Assembly (NCBI GenBank): GCA_000002435.2
Contig: CM018791.1
Source of the DNA: Giardia intestinalis
Lineage: Eukaryota
DNA: 64,000 bases
Reading direction: 5' to 3' (one strand)
Shown: positions 1 through 8,316 of the stretch, in pieces
Layout: every line of letters begins with the position of its first letter
Numbering within the stretch: the stretch's first letter is position 1
Program-made: the position numbers and the translations under genes
Notes under the pieces: generated by a model
What the model was told of the DNA's origin: nothing
What the model saw: the letters and a program-made list of their open reading frames with translations, nothing else
The model's database searches: none

Positions 1-1699
1 CACAACCCAATGGAACCCTTTATTTATCTAATGCAAGTTGTAGCTGTGACCTCATAAGCGCAGGACGTTCTAGAATAACCGGTCAACTACAGAGTTCGTC
101 CATTCATGTAGAGCCAGCAGATAGAGAGTGATATCAGTCTCGTCGATCGTCTAAAACGCACACCAGTCAAGTCTCACAGGCGAGCAAGCCCCACCTACCC
201 CGTAGCAATAAGCATCGGTGGGTGTCCCTCATAACGATAAGTAGACAGGCTTTCAACGGTCACGGCACTCGCTTTCCTGTTGAAGGCCTTCCAGTCACTG
301 ACCTAGGTCAGCCTCCTACAAGATCCGTGGCGGAATTGTATCAGAAATGCATGTTTATGGGACTCCCAGCTCAAGGTGTATGCTGCCGGATCCCACTTTC
401 CATACCAGTCTGTATACAGCGGTGTTCTGGCCTCTAATGAAACTACACTGGAGATCACATAAAATATAATGCCCCAGTCGGGTATTATCAGACTCCTATA
501 GCTATGCAATGAGGTCTGCTTTTCGCATTACGCATCAGAGAAGTATGTTGGGCTGTAGTGGTGCAATACCTCGTATGATATGGTTCGTGAGCCCAGAGAT
601 AAGATGCTTGTATCAGTCGATCTGTTTACCTAGGGCCAACCATAAGTTAGACTAACGGTGACAATCAGACTCTGCTCGACTCCCTAACAGCAGATAGAGA
701 TCCGACTACCCTAGTACCTTACCTGAGACCACAGGGACGCTGATTACGGGTCTGATTAATAGCTGGCGGAGCGACACGACAGGCCTAAGTTTTTTCTGCC
801 GAAGTAGCCCACCACAAGAAACTCTTTGTCGTTCATACCAACAAATTCAGGTGCTGCGAGCAATCATGGTTCTACTACTGCTACAATGGACAGCACCAGG
901 ATGATCCAAAAGGGGTAATGAAAGTCCTGGTTTCTTAGCTTAGGAGACAGCGCGGTTTGGGCAGTGCTTCTTGTCCAAATGTAGAAGTGTTGGCCTGCGT
1001 TTCCTGAACTCTAATTGAGTCCTTGTCATGCGGTAAGGTATCCTAAAATATCCACTACAAAAAGCGAAAAATAGCGCCGTCCACGCCCAACAAACCAAGA
1101 CGTCTCACGGGCTAATCTACGCTGGTTCATATCTTCCATGGACCCTAGCGACCACACCGATCTTCTCCTAGAATCTCACAGGAGCTCGTCTTTGAGTGCA
1201 GCTCTCCTACGACAGTCAGTGGTCGTGGACATTATATGGTGGAGGAGAATGCTACAGGGGCTGAGAAGAGAGTGCTGGCAAACGGGGGTCCGCAGGGATC
1301 CGACCCGCGCAAAGAAGGCGCAGGGGGCTGGCTCCTCAAGGATGCAGAGGCGCCAGGAAGGGAGCCGGTAGCGAACATGGTGCACAGCGGGAACACCCGG
1401 ACCATCCTCAGATTAATGGCAGGACAGAGGAGCTGCAGGCGCATGGGGCAGCATCACCGCTTGTTTTTGGATTTTCTGTTTCCCTGTGTGTTGCGTAAGG
1501 GGTTTCAGAGAAGGCGGGGAGTGTTGGGCTGTGTACAGCGGACGTACTTGGCACTCAATGAATTCCTATTTATTAAACAAAGTATCGTAGGGGACAGATC
1601 TTTTTGGATTGTCTGGCATAACATATAATCAGGTAGGGCGTTTTAGCTTTGGATATATTTACTAGTAGATTCTTACTTCTAATAAACTAATGAGCCTCA

Positions 1700-3601
1700 A
1701 TGTTGTTAATAGTATTCTATCTTGTGCTGAGTGCTCTTGCGGCAAATTGTGAAACAGAAGGCAATAAAAGCAATTGTGACAGCGGTCGCTGTGAAATGGT
1801 TGGCATTGTTGAAGTCTGTACTCAGTGCAAGACAAATGGACACGTCCCTATTGACGGAGTATGTACGCCAAAGAACGAAGCAGATGCTAATTGTAAGAAG
1901 GATGGAGGGAGTCCATTAGATCAAGACGCTAAGATCTGCGGGCAGTGTGCTCAAGGATACTTCCTTCATAAAGGTGGATGCTATGCAATTGGTGGAAACG
2001 TTGGACGCATCATCTGTAATGATCCTACTCCTACACTCAAAGGGCGCAATTCTGTTGAGGGTGTTTGCTCAGCGTGCAATTCTACCAGTGGATTCTTTAA
2101 GAATCCTGCCAATGTAGCTAATAAGGATTCGTGCATAGCATGTGATGATACAACTGGTGATAGTGGCAATGTAGGTTTGGAAGGATGCGCCACTTGCCAA
2201 CATTCTGGTTCGGGAGCAGCCACATGCTTAACATGTAAAGATGGATACTATGATAATAATCCAAGTCAGGATACTGTTACATGTGCATCATGTACGGATG
2301 ACTGTAAGACTTGCATAGATACTGGAAATGCTAAATGCACATCTTGTCAGACAAAATATTTAAAAATTACGGACCCTAATGGTGTGTTTGGGGAATGCGT
2401 TGATGAAAACACATGCAAACAGCCAGGAACCCACTTTCCGATAACAACTACAGATAACATAAAGGTATGTGCTCTTTGTAGCGATGCGGAGAATAAGGGC
2501 GTAGTTGGCTGTGCTAAATGTACCTCGACCCCAGCAAGTGATTCCGGCAATGCAATCATTGTTAAATGCATAGAATGCACAACGCCAGATACCACCAAAC
2601 CCAACTTTGCCGGGACAGGGTGCTTTGCTTGTTCTGCAACAGATTGCTCTAATTGCAGTGCAGATAATGTTTGCGAAAAATGTGGGAAAGGAAAGAAGCT
2701 GAGCCCTTTAAAGGATAGTTGTTTAGATAGTTGCCCTGCTGGCACGCACAACAAGGATAACGTTTGTGTCCCTTGCCACACATCTTGTGCAGAATGTGCA
2801 AGTGATTCTGTGGGAGAAAGCTCATGTACAGCTTGCTATCCTGGATTTGCATTGCGCAAAGGCGAGGACGAGGCTACCGGGGCATGTATTCCAGAATGCA
2901 CGGGAAAGTACGCAGAAAACTGTGAAGCTGGCCAGTGCACAGCCATCGTTGGAGGCTCCAAGTACTGCAGCAAGTGCAAGGCTGGATACGTTCCAGTGGA
3001 CGGCGTCTGTGTGTCGACAACAGCAAGGACGCCGACTGGATGCACGCCAAATGATAACAATGATGGAACATGTAAGGAATGCACAACCACATACTTCCTG
3101 CAGTCTGGCGGGTGTTACAATGCACAGACATTTCCGGGCAAATTGCTATGCACAGCGGCCACTGGCAACGGGCAGTGTCAGACATGTGCAGCCAGTGGAC
3201 AAAGCCCAGCTGGAGGAAAATGTCCGGAATGTTCTGAGGGCTGTGCAAAGTGTACTGACTCTAACACTTGTAACGAATGCTTTTCAGGATATTACAAAGG
3301 TGCTGGTAATAAATGCTTTAAATGTACCGATGGTGACAAGGCTAACTCTGATGCAATAACTGGTGTAGAGAACTGCGTAAGCTGCGCGCCTCCAATTAGT
3401 GGCAATGGTGGCTCTGTCATCTGCTACGTCAAGACGGATGGCACTGGCGGTGGTGATAATGATAACAACACCGGCGGAAGCACGAACAAGAGCGGCCTTT
3501 CCACGGGCGCCATCGCAGGCATCGCTGTGGCTGCTGTCATCGTTGTAGGAGGCCTTGTGGGCTTCCTCTGCTGGTGGTTCATCTGCAGAGGAAAGGCGTA
3601 G
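1700..3601 (+). CDS. vsp: Variant-specific surface protein (VSP), complete, 633 aa.
   Basis: ATG at 1700 and TAG at 3599-3601. The protein has an N-terminal signal-like peptide (MLLIVFYLVLSALAANC). It is Cys-rich with dozens of CXXC motifs. GGCY motifs are present (KGGCYAIGG, SGGCYNAQ). It has a single C-terminal TM helix (GAIAGIAVAAVIVVGGLVGFLCWWFI). The last five residues are the VSP-defining CRGKA. A Giardia poly(A) signal AGTAAAC lies 13 nt after the stop. Confidence 0.95.
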   Translation: MLLIVFYLVLSALAANCETEGNKSNCDSGRCEMVGIVEVCTQCKTNGHVPIDGVCTPKNEADANCKKDGGSPLDQDAKICGQCAQGYFLHKGGCYAIGGNVGRIICNDPTPTLKGRNSVEGVCSACNSTSGFFKNPANVANKDSCIACDDTTGDSGNVGLEGCATCQHSGSGAATCLTCKDGYYDNNPSQDTVTCASCTDDCKTCIDTGNAKCTSCQTKYLKITDPNGVFGECVDENTCKQPGTHFPITTTDNIKVCALCSDAENKGVVGCAKCTSTPASDSGNAIIVKCIECTTPDTTKPNFAGTGCFACSATDCSNCSADNVCEKCGKGKKLSPLKDSCLDSCPAGTHNKDNVCVPCHTSCAECASDSVGESSCTACYPGFALRKGEDEATGACIPECTGKYAENCEAGQCTAIVGGSKYCSKCKAGYVPVDGVCVSTTARTPTGCTPNDNNDGTCKECTTTYFLQSGGCYNAQTFPGKLLCTAATGNGQCQTCAASGQSPAGGKCPECSEGCAKCTDSNTCNECFSGYYKGAGNKCFKCTDGDKANSDAITGVENCVSCAPPISGNGGSVICYVKTDGTGGGDNDNNTGGSTNKSGLSTGAIAGIAVAAVIVVGGLVGFLCWWFICRGKA

Positions 3602-3613
3602 ATGTACTTAGGT

Positions 3614-3620
3614 AGTAAAC
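3614..3620 (+). promoter_or_regulatory. Giardia poly(A) signal AGTAAAC (AGTRAAY consensus) for VSP copy 1.
   Basis: Sequence ggtAGTAAACacg, 13 nt downstream of the TAG stop. AGTRAAY is the established Giardia polyadenylation signal. Confidence 0.7.
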
Positions 3621-4086
3621 ACGTTACTTTATGTAGCTTATGTAGATGTGCTGCTGGAGCTATCTGAGCACGGCCCAGGGATCATGTGGGTGGGCCCGTT
3701 CCTTCCTGTCCAGTCCTGAGACGACTGTCGGTCATGGATAACATGACGGAGAGTCCTCTCCAGTGATATATTCAGAGTCTGGGCATTCCTCGGCCACTTC
3801 GCAGGGGTATGCTCTGTCTGGATATCCATACCGATCTGCCTTGGATTCGGGCCTTTTTGTAGACTCTCTGCTCTACCAATGGCGCCTCTCCTTAGTCTCT
3901 CTTCACGGTGGGTGAGGCCCGGGTCGCTGTCTTTTTTAGATGCCCCGTCTGTCAGGGGCTGCCACCGGGCTCTCCGCTGGCTGGGCCCCTCGGTGTCCGG
4001 GCAGCTGTGGTTCTGGGTCAGCGCTCCCACGGTCACGGTCACGTAGGTTCCATAGCGGGCCGGCTGGTGGGGAGGCCGGGGTTGCT

Positions 4087-4133
4087 GGGGCGGTGAGGGC
4101 TGCTGGGACCGGGTGGGGTGGTGAGGTGGGGGG
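4087..4133 (+). other. Putative G-quadruplex motif on the sense strand, about 0.5 kb downstream of VSP copy 1.
   Basis: GGGGcggtgaGGGctgctGGGaccGGGtGGGGtggtgaggtGGGGGG. It has at least four G3+ tracts with loops of 1-6 nt (4087..4118), then a further G6 tract. The surrounding 3' flank (3900-4160) is G-rich on the VSP sense strand. Confidence 0.5.
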
Positions 4134-4160
4134 TGTCTGTATGTGCCCCTGGGTCCGGTG

Positions 4161-5855
4161 AACTGGGGTGATCGCAGCTGTGGTGACTGGGGGCTGTCCA
4201 TCTGTGACTCACCCCTCTGTGGACTCGTGGTCTGTGAGTGCCTCCACCCAGACAGCACCCCAGGAGCCGGAGAGTGGTGCCAGCCTAGCTGCCCTCCCTC
4301 CTCGGTGCCTCCCAGTGCAGACTCACCGGAGGCCACTACCCTGTCAGCCACCCAAAGGAGCCGTGCACACCGGGACAGAGAGGATGACCAAGGGGGTCAA
4401 GCAGCCCTGCCACGAGGGTGCACAGCAACCAGCATGAGATGTAGGGTCTGCTCGAGCGATGTAGTGGCAGACGACTCCCTCTGACAGCGACCCTGGTGAC
4501 TGCACTGGTCTGCTCTCGAGGCTGAGTGACAGTGTGCACAGATGGACATGAGTGCAGGAGGACCGTCCACACACGGACAGACTGTGTGGACCCAGAGAGG
4601 ACTGGAGTCTGCTCGGGACACGCTGACTGTGTGCCCATACGAGAGTGCCAGGCAACTACTCAAGCACCGAGAGGCAGGTACAGACACGGGCACTAGAGAT
4701 CCCCAGCCAGACACATTGCTATGCTCATCCACAGGGGCATCAGAGGGCCAGGTGGAGTCACCCTCACAGTTAGGGCCTGATAGGAAGCCAGAGGACTCAA
4801 ACACTACAGCAGAGCAGGCCCAGAGGAGGCACACTCCAGGCAGGTGAGCAGTGGCAGAGCCTTGATAGCTGCCATCCACCCCCATGACACCCAGGCAGGC
4901 ACCAGACTCCGAAGACTCGCTGGCCTCGACTGATGACCCGAGGGGGCAGCAGCCAGAGGAGCGAGGAGGCCTTCGGACGCCACAAGAGGCCGGCTGTCCA
5001 GCAGGCGATGAGGCAGACAGGTGACCTCTGAGCACCACACAGGCACAGAGCCGACCATCATGAGTGATGCCCGATCACAGAGATGACCACGAGCGCCCTC
5101 CACCGCACTCTGGGGGGCTGTCGATCATCCCACTGCCTCTCATAGCAGACCTCCTTGGGGGCAGTGCAGTGGGTCCCAGCTCATACAGGAGGGTGTGTGC
5201 CCCCCTCAGTATAGGATGCCCCGACTCTTCCCGAGGGGTCATCAGAGCCACGAGGAGGGGTCAAGGTCCTGGTGGATCATATCGGGAACTCCCGAGGGCA
5301 CAGCAGGTGAGGTGTGGGTGACCCTCAGCGTGCTCCTCTCTGCATGGTAGAGCATCCTGAGACCAAGGAAGCTCACCCCTGCCTACGGATGATACACAGC
5401 GCTCCACAACAAGGACCCACAAGGAGCAGCACAGCTGACCACGGGGGCAGTGCAGCCACCCGGTACCCCACCATGCCAGTCTTCTGGGCCATCACACTAG
5501 AGGCCTGAGAGAACCCCATCCCATCCACAGGGTCATCCACACCCCTGCTGGCCCGAGGTGAACTGCACCCATCGAGGCACTGGACAGGGCATGCTGGGGG
5601 CCCAGCAGATCCACACAGAGCATCAGCACAGAGCATCAGCGAGTAGCAGGAGAGGCTGCGATGGCCTGCCTCAGCCCTCACGCACCAGCCAGACAGAGCA
5701 GTACTGCCTGAGGCATGCAGGGGCCAAGGGAGGCGCTCAGTCAGGGGACACGACACGATCGTCGGTGCCTCTGTCTCAGGAGTACAACGAAGGCTGAAGA
5801 GCAGACACAGTCACCTTGGCAAACAGAACGGGGATCACCCACCACCCCAATGGCC
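4161..5855. other. Unique 1695-bp spacer at the centre of the palindrome. It is GC-rich and CA/TG-skewed, not itself palindromic, and has no convincing coding capacity.
   Basis: The sequence diverges from the mirror at both ends. ORFs here (e.g. 4397..5038-, 4542..4847+) are low-complexity, overlap on both strands, and are expected from high GC with few stop codons. Confidence 0.7.
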
Positions 5856-5882
5856 CACCGGACCCAGGGGCACATACAGACA

Positions 5883-5929
5883 CCCCCCACCTCACCACCC
5901 CACCCGGTCCCAGCAGCCCTCACCGCCCC
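5883..5929 (-). other. Mirror G-quadruplex motif downstream of VSP copy 2 (minus strand).
   Basis: Reverse-complement mirror of 4087..4133. The plus strand is C-rich here (ccccccacctcaccaccccacccggtcccagcagccctcaccgcccc). Confidence 0.5.
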
Positions 5930-6395
5930 AGCAACCCCGGCCTCCCCACCAGCCGGCCCGCTATGGAACCTACGTGACCGTGACCGTGGGAGCGCTGACC
6001 CAGAACCACAGCTGCCCGGACACCGAGGGGCCCAGCCAGCGGAGAGCCCGGTGGCAGCCCCTGACAGACGGGGCATCTAAAAAAGACAGCGACCCGGGCC
6101 TCACCCACCGTGAAGAGAGACTAAGGAGAGGCGCCATTGGTAGAGCAGAGAGTCTACAAAAAGGCCCGAATCCAAGGCAGATCGGTATGGATATCCAGAC
6201 AGAGCATACCCCTGCGAAGTGGCCGAGGAATGCCCAGACTCTGAATATATCACTGGAGAGGACTCTCCGTCATGTTATCCATGACCGACAGTCGTCTCAG
6301 GACTGGACAGGAAGGAACGGGCCCACCCACATGATCCCTGGGCCGTGCTCAGATAGCTCCAGCAGCACATCTACATAAGCTACATAAAGTAACGT

Positions 6396-6402
6396 GTTTA
6401 CT
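6396..6402 (-). promoter_or_regulatory. Mirror poly(A) signal AGTAAAC for VSP copy 2.
   Basis: Reverse complement gtttact at 6396..6402, 13 nt after the minus-strand stop at 6415. Confidence 0.7.
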
Positions 6403-6414
6403 ACCTAAGTACAT

Positions 6415-8316
6415 CTACGCCTTTCCTCTGCAGATGAACCACCAGCAGAGGAAGCCCACAAGGCCTCCTACAACGATGACAGCAGCCACAGCGATGCCTG
6501 CGATGGCGCCCGTGGAAAGGCCGCTCTTGTTCGTGCTTCCGCCGGTGTTGTTATCATTATCACCACCGCCAGTGCCATCCGTCTTGACGTAGCAGATGAC
6601 AGAGCCACCATTGCCACTAATTGGAGGCGCGCAGCTTACGCAGTTCTCTACACCAGTTATTGCATCAGAGTTAGCCTTGTCACCATCGGTACATTTAAAG
6701 CATTTATTACCAGCACCTTTGTAATATCCTGAAAAGCATTCGTTACAAGTGTTAGAGTCAGTACACTTTGCACAGCCCTCAGAACATTCCGGACATTTTC
6801 CTCCAGCTGGGCTTTGTCCACTGGCTGCACATGTCTGACACTGCCCGTTGCCAGTGGCCGCTGTGCATAGCAATTTGCCCGGAAATGTCTGTGCATTGTA
6901 ACACCCGCCAGACTGCAGGAAGTATGTGGTTGTGCATTCCTTACATGTTCCATCATTGTTATCATTTGGCGTGCATCCAGTCGGCGTCCTTGCTGTTGTC
7001 GACACACAGACGCCGTCCACTGGAACGTATCCAGCCTTGCACTTGCTGCAGTACTTGGAGCCTCCAACGATGGCTGTGCACTGGCCAGCTTCACAGTTTT
7101 CTGCGTACTTTCCCGTGCATTCTGGAATACATGCCCCGGTAGCCTCGTCCTCGCCTTTGCGCAATGCAAATCCAGGATAGCAAGCTGTACATGAGCTTTC
7201 TCCCACAGAATCACTTGCACATTCTGCACAAGATGTGTGGCAAGGGACACAAACGTTATCCTTGTTGTGCGTGCCAGCAGGGCAACTATCTAAACAACTA
7301 TCCTTTAAAGGGCTCAGCTTCTTTCCTTTCCCACATTTTTCGCAAACATTATCTGCACTGCAATTAGAGCAATCTGTTGCAGAACAAGCAAAGCACCCTG
7401 TCCCGGCAAAGTTGGGTTTGGTGGTATCTGGCGTTGTGCATTCTATGCATTTAACAATGATTGCATTGCCGGAATCACTTGCTGGGGTCGAGGTACATTT
7501 AGCACAGCCAACTACGCCCTTATTCTCCGCATCGCTACAAAGAGCACATACCTTTATGTTATCTGTAGTTGTTATCGGAAAGTGGGTTCCTGGCTGTTTG
7601 CATGTGTTTTCATCAACGCATTCCCCAAACACACCATTAGGGTCCGTAATTTTTAAATATTTTGTCTGACAAGATGTGCATTTAGCATTTCCAGTATCTA
7701 TGCAAGTCTTACAGTCATCCGTACATGATGCACATGTAACAGTATCCTGACTTGGATTATTATCATAGTATCCATCTTTACATGTTAAGCATGTGGCTGC
7801 TCCCGAACCAGAATGTTGGCAAGTGGCGCATCCTTCCAAACCTACATTGCCACTATCACCAGTTGTATCATCACATGCTATGCACGAATCCTTATTAGCT
7901 ACATTGGCAGGATTCTTAAAGAATCCACTGGTAGAATTGCACGCTGAGCAAACACCCTCAACAGAATTGCGCCCTTTGAGTGTAGGAGTAGGATCATTAC
8001 AGATGATGCGTCCAACGTTTCCACCAATTGCATAGCATCCACCTTTATGAAGGAAGTATCCTTGAGCACACTGCCCGCAGATCTTAGCGTCTTGATCTAA
8101 TGGACTCCCTCCATCCTTCTTACAATTAGCATCTGCTTCGTTCTTTGGCGTACATACTCCGTCAATAGGGACGTGTCCATTTGTCTTGCACTGAGTACAG
8201 ACTTCAACAATGCCAACCATTTCACAGCGACCGCTGTCACAATTGCTTTTATTGCCTTCTGTTTCACAATTTGCCGCAAGAGCACTCAGCACAAGATAGA
8301 ATACTATTAACAACAT
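6415..8316 (-). CDS. vsp: Second, identical copy of the VSP (633 aa), convergent with the first.
   Basis: Exact reverse-complement mirror of 1700..3601, with a 100% identical translation in the ORF track. Confidence 0.95.
   Translation of the reverse strand: MLLIVFYLVLSALAANCETEGNKSNCDSGRCEMVGIVEVCTQCKTNGHVPIDGVCTPKNEADANCKKDGGSPLDQDAKICGQCAQGYFLHKGGCYAIGGNVGRIICNDPTPTLKGRNSVEGVCSACNSTSGFFKNPANVANKDSCIACDDTTGDSGNVGLEGCATCQHSGSGAATCLTCKDGYYDNNPSQDTVTCASCTDDCKTCIDTGNAKCTSCQTKYLKITDPNGVFGECVDENTCKQPGTHFPITTTDNIKVCALCSDAENKGVVGCAKCTSTPASDSGNAIIVKCIECTTPDTTKPNFAGTGCFACSATDCSNCSADNVCEKCGKGKKLSPLKDSCLDSCPAGTHNKDNVCVPCHTSCAECASDSVGESSCTACYPGFALRKGEDEATGACIPECTGKYAENCEAGQCTAIVGGSKYCSKCKAGYVPVDGVCVSTTARTPTGCTPNDNNDGTCKECTTTYFLQSGGCYNAQTFPGKLLCTAATGNGQCQTCAASGQSPAGGKCPECSEGCAKCTDSNTCNECFSGYYKGAGNKCFKCTDGDKANSDAITGVENCVSCAPPISGNGGSVICYVKTDGTGGGDNDNNTGGSTNKSGLSTGAIAGIAVAAVIVVGGLVGFLCWWFICRGKA

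Larger units (their letters stand above)
1..4160. repeat. Left arm of a large inverted repeat, reverse-complement identical to 5856..10016. It is truncated by the window start, so the true arm may be longer.
   Basis: Mirror relation x <-> 10016-x. Checked by eye at 1-20 vs 9997-10016, 601-660 vs 9356-9415 and 4101-4160 vs 5856-5915. All mirrored ORFs in the track are amino-acid identical (e.g. 222..437+ = 9579..9794-, 1700..3601+ = 6415..8316-). Identity stops at 4160/5856, where 4161 a does not pair with 5855 c. Confidence 0.95.

Noticed and set aside
2766-3359. 197-aa ORF in an alternative frame inside the VSP gene, with its mirror at 6657..7250 and several other 60-144 aa ORFs on both strands within the VSP CDS.
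   Set aside because: They are embedded entirely in a well-supported CDS, have no motifs, and are expected by chance in a Cys-codon-rich, low-stop sequence. They are mirrored only because the whole arm is mirrored.
3638-4351. 237-aa Pro/Gln-rich ORF on the minus strand in the G-rich 3' flank of VSP copy 1 (partial mirror 5974..6378).
   Set aside because: It lies in a highly GC-skewed region where stop codons are rare. It has low-complexity sequence (PPPHHPTRSQQPSPPQQPRPP) and no start context. The mirror copy is truncated at the arm boundary, consistent with a non-selected reading frame.
4397-5038. 213-aa minus-strand ORF and overlapping plus-strand ORFs in the palindrome spacer.
   Set aside because: Multiple overlapping ORFs in all frames of a GC-rich tract with no recognisable domains. 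Treated as non-coding spacer.
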